Shown here: in pieces, positions 1 to 9,653 of the stretch | Layout of the letters: each line of letters opens with the position of its first letter | Numbering within the stretch: position 1 is the first letter of the stretch | Source: Methanobacteriota archaeon | GTDB lineage: Archaea; Thermoplasmatota; Poseidoniia; Poseidoniales; Poseidoniaceae | DNA: 37,226 bases | NCBI GenBank assembly: GCA_002689345.1 | Contig: NZFU01000053.1 | Span: forward strand, 3,169-40,394 | Reading direction: 5' to 3' | The notes under the pieces: generated by a model | What the model was told of the DNA's origin: nothing | The model's input: only the letters and a program-made list of their open reading frames with translations | Database searches by the model: none | Position numbers and translations under genes: made by a program

Positions 1-3000
1 GAACTAATCCTGTAATAATTGAATATGCGACTGCTGGTGAAACAATTCCGAATAGTCCGCCTTGAGACTTAGTATTCTCTACACTAATTTGCAACACGAT
101 TGAATTCTTTGATTCATCGGCCAAACATGATGCACTCAACTGTAATTCTTTAATTCCAGAAGCAGTATCCTCTGTAGAAGTTGCAGTGATTTCAATATTC
201 AGGCTTTCACCCACGCCAAGGCCAGAAATCGTGTCTTCAGACATGTCAATATCCCAACCCTTAGCATCTAGCTGCTTAGTGATGCTTGTATCAAGTGGGA
301 TATTTCCAATATTTGTAACCGTTACAGTTTGTTTAGCCTCTTCACCCCTAACGATCCCCAGTAGAGGACGTGTGTCTAAATCATAGTCTAATGCACAGAA
401 CCCTCCGGCTAGAACTTCCACAGGATATGTTACTGATACTTGTAGCGTATCAAAACCATTGTCAATGGTAGCATAGATTCCCAAATCAAATACTGAATCT
501 GAAACAGGCTGATTGATTGGAGGCTTTATTCCAACTGAAATATTTACTGATTCCAGTGGACCAAGATAATTTGGAGGGTTAGAGAATCCTACTTCCCATC
601 CATCAGGGGCTAGTGAATTCGACCATTCGACGCTAACTCCAGAATTTCCTGTATTTTTCACTGTTAACACCGAATAAGTGAATTCATCATTGGAGTTCAC
701 CATTAATGAATAATCTGAATCTGGAGATATCATTAATCCAATCTCATCCTTTACCACCAAGGTTGTTTCATTGATAAGTAAATTCGAAGGATCTTGACTT
801 GTCTTAATAACCAAATGATTCTCATCATTTCGAGACGCCACAGGGGATACGAGTACCTCGAATCTAACTTCAGATGATTCGCCAGGTAAAATGCTGACCT
901 CAACTTCTCGGTTCTCGGTTTGTGAACCATGATTCACTTGTATAGTCCATGTTGTAAGTTCTGGATTCACACGTACTGTCAAATCAAGTTCAGCATTACC
1001 TGTATTCTCAATCAATAATGTCAAATTCAATCTTTCACCAGTATCGACATTTATGTCTCTTGCATAAGCAGCAGGTCCGACATCAACTGCATTATCATCA
1101 AGTAATTTAGTTGCAAATGACTCGAGAGTTTTTACTGTTAAGGTAACTGTTTCACTAATATTCAACGAAGTATCTGTCTCACTCGTGACTGAACACGTTA
1201 TCGTATCGGTGCTTCCTGCTGCTGGCATTCCATCAGCAACTGGAGGCACATACAAGCGAATTTGCATTGGTAAATATTCCAAAATATCTAGTGGCTCAAA
1301 TGAATATGAAGATGAATTAGAGGACCCCAATTCTACCTGCCATAGATTCTGACTGTAACAATCTAAATCATATGTTGCTGGTGAATTCCCTGTATTCCTG
1401 ACAGAAATGACAAAGGCTGTACTTCCACCCGGTGTGGCTTCAAGATCATCGGTACCTGCAGGTGCAAATTCTACATCTTTGACTTCATCAACTACTAAAC
1501 GAAGACGAATTGTATGTTTTACTGAAGGGTTATTGGAATATTTTGCAGTTACATCCATCACATAAGTACCAGCCATTGCATATCGATTGGTACTTCCTGA
1601 CAAATCAGCATCATCATCATTCATAGTGATATTGAGATAAATTGAATCTCCACCCTCGCCCATTGCAGACAAGGTGAATGGTCCGGAAAGGTCAGAACTC
1701 CTCGACCAATCATCATCTGTAGGTAGTAACATATCATCCCTTATCGGGTTAGGTGATTGGACCTGTGAGAGATGTAGTTTAACCTCTTGCTGACCTGTAC
1801 CTTCATGCTTCAAAATAACTGGCCAAGTATACCCTTCTGAATCAGCAGGGTTCAACGTTTGGTTAACCATGTCAGAATCTTCGTCTCCGTTAGAATCTAG
1901 AGTAACTAATCTAACACCCAATGCCGATACAGTAATCGTCATTTCTTCGATATTATTGTTGATGCCATTCGCTTCATCATTAATTTCGGTAATATCTGAA
2001 TCTACATCGATGGTTAAACGCATGTCGTGATCTCCCGTTGAAGTAAATGTATGAGGAACTGTCAATGAATCTAAAACACCAGCATTCAATGAAGACCTTG
2101 TACCATCGTACAGAGTTGTGCCTTCTGTCAAGTCTTCAAGAAGAACTCTGAATTGTCCAGCATTTGCAGTTCCTTGATTTAGCCATGATATTCTTAATGT
2201 AATGTAATCGTTCACTAGAGGTGATGTTGATGAAGAGAAAATTGAGCCATCGAATGCTAACAAATCCGCCTTTTCATCAAGGGTTGCATCACCGGTTAAA
2301 ACGAGTGAAAATGATTGGTCAAGACCACCAGCGTGAGTAACCATTACCTGCCATTTCCCAGATGGTAAAGTTGAGGATGGGGCGATATTTATTCTCTCAA
2401 CATTGTTGACAGAATCATGAACTCCATTTGGTACAGAGAACCCATTGACAATTACATTTCCTTTGTAGATTGTTCCATCTGGGGCAACTAGTTGAAGATC
2501 CAAATCATTGACTAATCTCGAATCGTTTTGGTCTGCATTAGCACTACCAGCCACATCGCTCCACACCAGTGTCAAATCTAATCCTGAAGTTGGGTCTAAA
2601 TCAAATTGATAAAGTGATGAAAAACCAGCAGATAGGGTTCTTGAATTATCATGGTAAGTTGTTAAATCACTACCAGCATATTGAGGCATGACCGTATTGG
2701 ACACTGAAATTTGGCCCCAACCTTCTTGTGAATTAGGAATATTTGCAACTCCCATATCGATTGCACCATTGATACTTGCCGCCTTGAGCAGAGAGGCTGA
2801 AGGCGATGATATTCCAACCTCTTCTCTAATGAATTCTCTAATCAGAGAGACTGAGCCGCCAGCTACAGCAGTTGCTTGGCTAGAACCTGATAGAGACATG
2901 TATAGGTCCTCTCCATTTGAGTGAGTCCCTGTACCACAACTCCAGCCAATTGGGATTGATGCTTCTTCCGCTCGCCCCGAGCAAATGGAGACACCAGGGG

Positions 3001-4336
3001 CAACTAAATCTGGCTTCACTCTTCCATCTAGAGAAGGACCATTGGCAGAGAAATTTGCAACACTACCACTTGGAGAAGTGGTCGATGCTCCAATCGAAAG
3101 AATATTTTTCGCAGTTGAAGGAGCCATTACTTTGGATGGGTTCTGATTTGGGTCATCACCAGCTGAAAAAATTGGTAAAAATTCTGGATTATCATGAACG
3201 AATGTATCTAGAGATCTAGAGTCCGCCGTATATGCTCCTTGGTTACCATTTAGACCCCATGCATTTACTGCAACTCTAGAACCCTCTTGTTCAGCATGAC
3301 TTAGCATATCATAAATCGAGCCAATTCTACCGAAGACTCCTGTTGGGTCGTGCTCCAATGCATACGCTACGACAAATGCCTCTGGAGCAATACCGGTGGC
3401 ACTAGAATCGCCGGTTCCATCACCAGCAATAGTTAGTGCTACGTGTGTTCCATGTCCGCCATTTGAATCAGCAGGACTTGGATCTAATCCGAATTGAGTG
3501 TACACTCCTGCAATTCTTCCAAGTAGGTCGGGATGGTCTTGGTCAATCCCTGTATCTGTGAATGATATTTTTTCACCTGAACCATCTAATCCCAATGATG
3601 AGTTTGAGATTTCTGGAATTCCAACTATTGCTCCAGCAACAGCATTAGTCAAACGTAGTTCGTGTGTTGGTTCTGACCAAATAATCCTTCCATCTCTTGC
3701 TAATGATTCTAAATTAATCGACCCCTTTAATTCACACAAATGAAGACCACACCATGCTTCATCTGCCCCCATCATGACCAAATCGTGGGCTAGGACTTCT
3801 AGCGCTTCAGGTTGTAAATCAACAGCCGGTATAGATGCGATATAATCGGTGGTAGAATCAATGCTTGGTGAGACTCTCCAGCCTGGCATCATTGGTCCAG
3901 CCCAACGGACTGATTCATCGGATTGGAGCAATTCCAAATCGTTTGGATGAGATAATCTTACCAGCCAAGAAGAATCTCCTAAATTATCCAGAATAAAAAC
4001 ACCATAATTATCCACGAGGTCGTACAATGCACTTCCTGTGTGGTGATTTAACTGAACTACAGCCATTCCAGTATCACGGTAATCATTGGAATCATCCAAT
4101 CTAGATTCTGGCATTTCATCATTGATTGGATCAAATGAGCCAATAGCTAACTGAATCTCATAACCAACGGTTTTCAAAGGAGAGGATATTGTTTCTACTG
4201 GCTCCATTGAATGCCAATTGGTAGCCGCATTGTCTAGAATTTCATCGCTGGGTTCAACAGGATTGTCAATCGCCCCGCAAATAGGCGCTAGAAGCATTAC
4301 TGCAAGGATTAGTAATGTCCTTAGTGGCACCATCAT
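1..4336 (-). CDS. Large secreted, probably membrane-anchored S8 subtilisin-like protease (KP-43-like) with CARDB/Ig-like stalk; 3' end truncated by window edge
   Basis: Not in the ORF track. Manual minus-strand translation: ATG at 4336, signal peptide MMVPLRTLLILAVMLLAPICGA, catalytic motifs FTDTG (Asp 3554-3556), HGTHVA (His 3452-3454) and SGSSQAT (Ser 2879-2881), plus DGRVKPDLVAPG, EGWG, LVWSD..LVNDLDL..NNVE. Repeated NxGN Ig-like motifs follow. The same frame reads GGLFGIVSPAVAYSIITGLV at the window edge, consistent with the start of a TM helix. Confidence 0.93.
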   Translation of the reverse strand, partial: MMVPLRTLLILAVMLLAPICGAIDNPVEPSDEILDNAATNWHSMEPVETISSPLKTVGYEIQLAIGSFDPINDEMPESRLDDSNDYRDTGMAVVQLNHHTGSALYDLVDNYGVFILDNLGDSSWLVRLSHPNDLELLQSDESVRWAGPMMPGWRVSPSIDSTTDYIASIPAVDLQPEALEVLAHDLVMMGADEAWCGLHLCELKGSINLESLARDGRIIWSEPTHELRLTNAVAGAIVGIPEISNSSLGLDGSGEKISFTDTGIDQDHPDLLGRIAGVYTQFGLDPSPADSNGGHGTHVALTIAGDGTGDSSATGIAPEAFVVAYALEHDPTGVFGRIGSIYDMLSHAEQEGSRVAVNAWGLNGNQGAYTADSRSLDTFVHDNPEFLPIFSAGDDPNQNPSKVMAPSTAKNILSIGASTTSPSGSVANFSANGPSLDGRVKPDLVAPGVSICSGRAEEASIPIGWSCGTGTHSNGEDLYMSLSGSSQATAVAGGSVSLIREFIREEVGISSPSASLLKAASINGAIDMGVANIPNSQEGWGQISVSNTVMPQYAGSDLTTYHDNSRTLSAGFSSLYQFDLDPTSGLDLTLVWSDVAGSANADQNDSRLVNDLDLQLVAPDGTIYKGNVIVNGFSVPNGVHDSVNNVERINIAPSSTLPSGKWQVMVTHAGGLDQSFSLVLTGDATLDEKADLLAFDGSIFSSSTSPLVNDYITLRISWLNQGTANAGQFRVLLEDLTEGTTLYDGTRSSLNAGVLDSLTVPHTFTSTGDHDMRLTIDVDSDITEINDEANGINNNIEEMTITVSALGVRLVTLDSNGDEDSDMVNQTLNPADSEGYTWPVILKHEGTGQQEVKLHLSQVQSPNPIRDDMLLPTDDDWSRSSDLSGPFTLSAMGEGGDSIYLNITMNDDDADLSGSTNRYAMAGTYVMDVTAKYSNNPSVKHTIRLRLVVDEVKDVEFAPAGTDDLEATPGGSTAFVISVRNTGNSPATYDLDCYSQNLWQVELGSSNSSSYSFEPLDILEYLPMQIRLYVPPVADGMPAAGSTDTITCSVTSETDTSLNISETVTLTVKTLESFATKLLDDNAVDVGPAAYARDINVDTGERLNLTLLIENTGNAELDLTVRVNPELTTWTIQVNHGSQTENREVEVSILPGESSEVRFEVLVSPVASRNDENHLVIKTSQDPSNLLINETTLVVKDEIGLMISPDSDYSLMVNSNDEFTYSVLTVKNTGNSGVSVEWSNSLAPDGWEVGFSNPPNYLGPLESVNISVGIKPPINQPVSDSVFDLGIYATIDNGFDTLQVSVTYPVEVLAGGFCALDYDLDTRPLLGIVRGEEAKQTVTVTNIGNIPLDTSITKQLDAKGWDIDMSEDTISGLGVGESLNIEITATSTEDTASGIKELQLSASCLADESKNSIVLQISVENTKSQGGLFGIVSPAVAYSIITGLV

Positions 4337-4360
4337 ATCTCTTCCGATAATGCAACCATA

Positions 4361-4366
4361 CTTGAA
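4361..4366 (-). promoter_or_regulatory. TATA-like box TTCAAG at -30..-25 of the S8 protease start
   Basis: Same motif and spacing recur upstream of many genes in the window. Confidence 0.6.
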
Positions 4367-4379
4367 GACAAGCCTAAGA

Positions 4380-4396
4380 TGAGCCCTATGGGCTCA
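4380..4396 (-). repeat. Palindrome TGAGCCCATAGGGCTCA beginning at the gap stop codon (copy 1)
   Basis: 7-bp perfect inverted arms; near-identical copy at 17127-17144. Confidence 0.75.
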
Positions 4397-5428
4397 CTCA
4401 AATAGTGATGCAATTGCTGCATCGGTCTTGGCAACAGATGCCTTCCAATCGGTCTCAGTACCCATCAATGCCCTGATAGCGTCAATGTTCTCAGGAATCA
4501 CATCAGATTCTTGGTGGATCGCTTGGAAATAATACAAATTGTTACCAACTAATTTAACTCCATCTTCCCACACAAATATCTCATGTAAATCGCCCCATGT
4601 ACGACCCATGTCTCTTGCGAATTCCATCACTTCAGCAGTGGTTGTAATTCCAGTTTCCGCACCGTTCATTATGACGACACGTGGGCTATTTGACCACATC
4701 TCCAGTACACTTTCAGTTGTCAAACCATGACCTTCTGGTAGTGTAGCTACAATCGAATGAACATGCATAATTGTCGTAGGAACGGCAACTGCCAATGAAT
4801 TGATTTTTATTTCAGGTTTGACAGTCATTACGTCCGGACCATGATGGCTTGGAACTTTCAAAACAGGTTTAATCGCATTGATTGGACCTTTCTTAGAATC
4901 TCCTGGATCTGCGGCTCTTCGTATCATGGTACATTCAACAGATAATTCTCCACAATGCTCAAACAGTGGAACAAGCGTTCGAGAAAGACCTGTAGTGTTA
5001 CATGATACTACTCGTGTTCCTTCTGCGTTTAGATTACTTGTGTGATTTGCGCAAGAGGTGTATGAAAGACCGGTCATGGCATGTTTCTCGCCACCTTGGA
5101 ATATCCATTTCACACCTGCAGACTGGTATTTTGCCTTATTGTCAGCACCCATTTTACCTGGAGAACAGTCGACAACAACATCTGCAGCAGCCAAAAGATC
5201 GGTTAAACCGCCATGACATTCGTATCCAGCGGCTGCAAATGCTGCAATCCTATCTGCATCATCAAAAGTACAATACAAAGGGTATCCCTTTCTAACAGCC
5301 AAATCACAACCAAACGCTGGCCTGGTCTTTGTAACACCAATAATTTCCATATCATCTTGACATGCAACAGCGTCTGCTACTCGCTTGCCGATTGTTCCGT
5401 ACCCATTGATTGCAACCTTGATGGTCAT
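4394..5428 (-). CDS. gap: Glyceraldehyde-3-phosphate dehydrogenase, archaeal type II
   Basis: INGYGTIGKRVADAV, FQGGEK, catalytic VVSCNTTGL, PSHHGPDV, QAIHQESDVIPENIDAIRA. Confidence 0.97.
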   Translation of the reverse strand: MTIKVAINGYGTIGKRVADAVACQDDMEIIGVTKTRPAFGCDLAVRKGYPLYCTFDDADRIAAFAAAGYECHGGLTDLLAAADVVVDCSPGKMGADNKAKYQSAGVKWIFQGGEKHAMTGLSYTSCANHTSNLNAEGTRVVSCNTTGLSRTLVPLFEHCGELSVECTMIRRAADPGDSKKGPINAIKPVLKVPSHHGPDVMTVKPEIKINSLAVAVPTTIMHVHSIVATLPEGHGLTTESVLEMWSNSPRVVIMNGAETGITTTAEVMEFARDMGRTWGDLHEIFVWEDGVKLVGNNLYYFQAIHQESDVIPENIDAIRALMGTETDWKASVAKTDAAIASLFE

Positions 5429-5539
5429 GAGGCTCCCTATGTGGTGTGGCTTCGCGGGCCTCTCATGAACCTTGCTTCGCGTACCTAAACCCGTCTAGTA
5501 AGCAAACTGTTGATGAAAGAGAACGCTACCGCAGGGGTA

Positions 5540-7051
5540 ATGGCAAGTATTGACGAGGTCGTTGCGAGTTCAATGAGCATCAATTCAAGACTCCCTGCGC
5601 AGCTGGAAAAAGCGTTGGAAAGAAACATTGTTTTGAGAATAGGATGGACGACTAACGGAGAGCCAGTCCCAAAAGATGGAGAACTTGGATTATGCCCTAA
5701 CCTTCCAGAGGGTTCTAAGGTCAGAAGTCTTGGCAATTTAGGTCCATTTACCGCTGCCTTTGGACAGGGTGGTACATTTACCCATCAGGGGGATGTAGGG
5801 TCATATTTGGGTGCAGGAAATAATGGTAACAAAATTACCTGTGAAAGAACTGCAGGTCCTTGCGCTGGTTTTGGGCAACAGAATGGCAGAATTACTGTTC
5901 TTGATGGTGTTGGCGATGATGCTGGTGCAATGATGAGTGGAGGTTTACTTGTCATTCGTGGTGATGCTGGAATTCGAATTGGCGGAGGCATGAGAGGTGG
6001 CGACATTGTAGTTCATGGAGACGTTGGGGGAGACCCTGGAGCTGGTATGACTGGTGGTCGAATAATTATCAACGGGCGATGCCCTTCACCACCCCCAGGG
6101 GTTTTACTACGAACTCTGAAGAAACCAGAAGTTACTGAAATCAACAAAATGTTAGGTGAAGATGACCTTCACATACCTGCTGATGCTGTTTGTTTAGTAC
6201 CTGACGGAGATATTACCGAAGGGATTATGGCAGATTGTAGAGAAGACCTTTCGGGTATTTCTTTAATTCCAACCACCACTAATCATCTTCCAAAATATTC
6301 TACCTGCGACACGGTTGCATTAATTGGAAATGAGGATGCATTGGCACTTCCGATTCCCTTACTCCCATATATTCCAAAAGGAGTTCAAGATGATTTATTC
6401 CACCCATGCTTAGTTCGTGAAAGCCCTAGAGATTGTGACATCGTAATTATCGATGCACAAAATATTGCCAACGCTGCATTGCTGGTTAAATCATCTGCTG
6501 GATTTGCCATTGATATGGATTCACTTCCTAAGCTAGATGGTGCAGCAATAGATGGATTGCTAGTGGCTCTGCGTTGTATTGCTGGCCCACTCGCTAAGGT
6601 TTTGCTAGTTAGAGGGGTTAGCCAATCTGCTAAACTTCATGCTGATTCGCAACATCATGGCGTGGATGCTGCGATTAGTGTTCTGAATGATGGAAGTGGA
6701 CTAAGTGCTGCATCATCACTCCCAATGGTAGGACGTTCTGCATCTGTAAACTTGCAAGAAAACTGTCATGCCTCGATGTGGCTACCTTGGTCTGCTACAA
6801 GTGAGGATTTGGCAATTCTTTGTGCTTCAAATGTCGCATTCACTATTTGCCCAGCGCCTGATGAGAATGTCGCTGGCTGGATAGCACAGGTTTCTGCAGG
6901 TCTTAGCGCTCATCTAAATCGCTTGGGCCTAGCATCTATCGATTCACTAGAAAGAGCAAATCTGAGAGCATGTGACCAAGATACGGCCGCAGTAAGTGGA
7001 CTTCGCCTAGCAGGATATGATCGCCCAATGCCTCATTGGTTTGCAAGGTGA
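5540..7051 (+). CDS. GXGXG (glutamate synthase domain 3/FwdC-like) beta-helix fused to a degenerate glutamate-synthase FMN-barrel-like domain
   Basis: Tandem GDxGxxxGxxMxGG repeats in the N-terminal part. C-terminus LGLASIDSLERANLRA..AAVSGLRLAGY resembles the end of archaeal GltB domain-2 proteins. Start placed at ATG 5540 (track start 5510). Confidence 0.75.
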   Translation: MASIDEVVASSMSINSRLPAQLEKALERNIVLRIGWTTNGEPVPKDGELGLCPNLPEGSKVRSLGNLGPFTAAFGQGGTFTHQGDVGSYLGAGNNGNKITCERTAGPCAGFGQQNGRITVLDGVGDDAGAMMSGGLLVIRGDAGIRIGGGMRGGDIVVHGDVGGDPGAGMTGGRIIINGRCPSPPPGVLLRTLKKPEVTEINKMLGEDDLHIPADAVCLVPDGDITEGIMADCREDLSGISLIPTTTNHLPKYSTCDTVALIGNEDALALPIPLLPYIPKGVQDDLFHPCLVRESPRDCDIVIIDAQNIANAALLVKSSAGFAIDMDSLPKLDGAAIDGLLVALRCIAGPLAKVLLVRGVSQSAKLHADSQHHGVDAAISVLNDGSGLSAASSLPMVGRSASVNLQENCHASMWLPWSATSEDLAILCASNVAFTICPAPDENVAGWIAQVSAGLSAHLNRLGLASIDSLERANLRACDQDTAAVSGLRLAGYDRPMPHWFAR

Positions 7052-7055
7052 TAAT

Positions 7056-8723
7056 ATGCCAACTATCAGTGTTGAACAAAGCCTCCTTCGAAAATTTGTT
7101 GAAGGTCGTGGAAGGAAACACAACGTTGAGGATTTGGCCTTCCGACTTCCGTTGATGGGAACTGACATTGATATTTGTGATGAAAATGTTCTCGACATAG
7201 AGATATTTCCGGATCGTCCCGACCTATTATCTCCAGAAACATTGTTCCACGGAATGATGCCTTTTCTTCACGATGCACCTCCGAATCCGAGGCTGTTAGT
7301 AAATCCGGGAACTATTTCGATGAAAGTTTCTGCTGAATTATCTGAAATTCGACCTGTAATTTTGGGAGCTGTTGTTCGAGGTTTGGATATTGATGAAGAA
7401 ATCATAAAGCGACTTATGGAGCATCAAGAAAAATTACATTTCGCATTAGGAAGAGGGCGCAAGAGGGCATCGATTGGTGTACATGACCTTGCAACACTTG
7501 CCCCTCCATTTAGAGTTGAGGCTGTTGGAAGAGAACACTCATTCACGCCGTTAGCAATGGATAATGAAATGACTATCGATGAAATTCTGGCTGAACATCC
7601 AAAAGGTGTTGACTATGCACATTTATTGAAGGATATGCAGAAGGTGCCAATTATCCTTGATTCCAATGATGCAGTACTTTCATTCCCTCCGATTATTAAT
7701 GGTGATCACACAACTGTAACCACAAATACCAGGGATATTTTCATCGATGTAACTGGACTAGATATTCGTGCTTGTGAATCTGCTTTGATGTTGATTTGTT
7801 TGCAATTATCTGTACTAGGTGGAAAAATTGAGTCTGTTAGAGTTAACACTTGTGAAGGCAAAGAGTGGAGTTTAGATGGCTCTCCAATCGTCCATACGGT
7901 CAAGCGTACATTAGTTGAAGGGATTTTGGGCAATTCATTCACAGATGACCAAATAGAAGACGCCATTAGAAGGATGGGGGGAATATACAATGGAGACACA
8001 TCTGGCAATCTTTCCATATCTATGCCGAGATGGAGATTTGATATTTTACACCCAATCGATTTGGTGGAAGAGGTTGCTATCGGGCATGGTTATGATGACC
8101 TTGCACATGATGTTCCAAAAGCTCCACTTACGGCAATCCCTCGAACTGATGGCCATCTGCGAAGAAGAATACGTGAAGCATTACAAGGACTAGGACTTAT
8201 TCAAATCCAATCCCTAACATTGTCAAATGACGATGACCAATTCAATACTGTTCGTTGGAAGGCAGATGGAGCAATTACTCGTATGACAAATCCGATTACA
8301 ACCGAACATACAATTCTACGCCAAAATATTCTTCCTGGATTACTAAGATTACTGGCAGCAAATCGTCATCACGACTTACCACAGGGTGTATATGAGTTGG
8401 GAACTGTTGTAATCAATCACTCAAATACCGATAGATTCGCATTCTTAGTGGCCGAGAATTCGGGGGGATTCGCATCATTGCGAGGGAGAATTCAGGCCCT
8501 TATGAGGGACCTTGGATGTAATGATTGGAGTCTTGAGCCGATTGAAGGTGGCCCATGGCTAGCTGGGCGTGCGGCTTCGATTATGGTAGAGGGAATGAAG
8601 ATTGGTGAATGTGGAGAAATTGATCCATATGTTTCAGAATCTTTTGAGTTAACTGTTCCTATGAGTGGGGCTCAAATCGATGTTTCTTCACTGAACAGTG
8701 CAATCCAAGACCCTGTGCACTAA
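7056..8723 (+). CDS. pheT: Phenylalanyl-tRNA synthetase beta subunit (archaeal type)
   Basis: MPTI start after AAGGTGA SD; PDRPDLLS, QEKLH..GRGRKRASIGVHD, SFPPIING, RFDILHPIDLVEEVAIGHGY. Confidence 0.96.
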   Translation: MPTISVEQSLLRKFVEGRGRKHNVEDLAFRLPLMGTDIDICDENVLDIEIFPDRPDLLSPETLFHGMMPFLHDAPPNPRLLVNPGTISMKVSAELSEIRPVILGAVVRGLDIDEEIIKRLMEHQEKLHFALGRGRKRASIGVHDLATLAPPFRVEAVGREHSFTPLAMDNEMTIDEILAEHPKGVDYAHLLKDMQKVPIILDSNDAVLSFPPIINGDHTTVTTNTRDIFIDVTGLDIRACESALMLICLQLSVLGGKIESVRVNTCEGKEWSLDGSPIVHTVKRTLVEGILGNSFTDDQIEDAIRRMGGIYNGDTSGNLSISMPRWRFDILHPIDLVEEVAIGHGYDDLAHDVPKAPLTAIPRTDGHLRRRIREALQGLGLIQIQSLTLSNDDDQFNTVRWKADGAITRMTNPITTEHTILRQNILPGLLRLLAANRHHDLPQGVYELGTVVINHSNTDRFAFLVAENSGGFASLRGRIQALMRDLGCNDWSLEPIEGGPWLAGRAASIMVEGMKIGECGEIDPYVSESFELTVPMSGAQIDVSSLNSAIQDPVH

Positions 8724-9649
8724 TCCAGTTCAAACTCTGATTCATCGACTTCAACTGCCATTGTTTCAAACTTTATTTCTAGTTTGATAGAACATTTTCC
8801 ATCACAGAGATTTACCCCGTTTTCAGCCAAAATAATCGTTTCATCAGCGTCCCAATAATCAGATTCGACATCTTCGGAAATAATCATGCAAGGAGATGGA
8901 ACAACCAAATTGGGGTTTTGTAAGGCAGGGAAACTGGTATTTCCAACCGCAGCAATCTGCATTGTGGGGTATCTACTTTCATCTTCAGAATTATAGTAAG
9001 TCAAGAACTTGATTTTGAACCAGGAATCTTCTTTTTCAATCAAATAAGTTCCATCATTAGGGTTAACTCGATGTACGGATAAATCATACTCGTACCATTC
9101 CAAACGGTTTTCGGTATCATTTGAAAGCTCATTTTCGGCCACGATTTCTACTTCAGAAAATTCTACTCCTTCAAGAAAAGTCCACCTAATGTTTTCTCCG
9201 AAAAAGACATCGGTTGAAGAAAATTTCATCCAATATTGGGATTCATTTACCTCTAGTTGTTGTGATATATCGAGATATGAAAACGATTCTGCATCTGTAG
9301 CATCAACCACTGTTGTGAAAGTTGAGCCATCAGCACTTAACTTGGAAGAAATATTCCCATCTAATTGCTCAGAGTTAGATTGGGAACCGAATGAACAAGA
9401 ATTAGGTTTATCGTCGATAAACAGCGTTATCTCTATCGAAGACCAAAGTAAATCCTCTGCATCATCTGCAAAAGATAACTGAGCAAGGTAATTATCCATG
9501 CTAGCATCAGATTGAGAATCAGATGTCTCTATCAGCACAACATTCGAAGTACCGAGTTCAGATTCATAAGAAGAAACTAGGTAGAACCAGAAGGCCGCTA
9601 CAACCACAATTAGTACTGTAATCGTAGCGGCCAACTTCTTCCAATTCAA
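8720..9649 (-). CDS. Membrane-anchored protein with HmuY-like heme-binding domain
   Basis: N-terminal TM helix. aa ~110-233 show the HmuY pattern: VDAT..F.YLD, W.KF, WYEYDLSVH, TYLI, FKIKFLTYY, RYPTM. TTG start 4 nt after the upstream stop. Confidence 0.72.
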   Translation of the reverse strand: MNWKKLAATITVLIVVVAAFWFYLVSSYESELGTSNVVLIETSDSQSDASMDNYLAQLSFADDAEDLLWSSIEITLFIDDKPNSCSFGSQSNSEQLDGNISSKLSADGSTFTTVVDATDAESFSYLDISQQLEVNESQYWMKFSSTDVFFGENIRWTFLEGVEFSEVEIVAENELSNDTENRLEWYEYDLSVHRVNPNDGTYLIEKEDSWFKIKFLTYYNSEDESRYPTMQIAAVGNTSFPALQNPNLVVPSPCMIISEDVESDYWDADETIILAENGVNLCDGKCSIKLEIKFETMAVEVDESEFELD

Positions 9650-9653
9650 CCTA

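Noticed and set aside
186-3743. Short plus-strand ORFs (186, 2688, 2917, 3498)
   Set aside because: Antisense shadows of the minus-strand S8 protease gene.
5660-6110. Formylmethanofuran dehydrogenase subunit C / methanogenesis gene
   Set aside because: GXGXG repeats are shared with GltB domain 3; no other fwd genes are present and the C-terminus is GltB-like.
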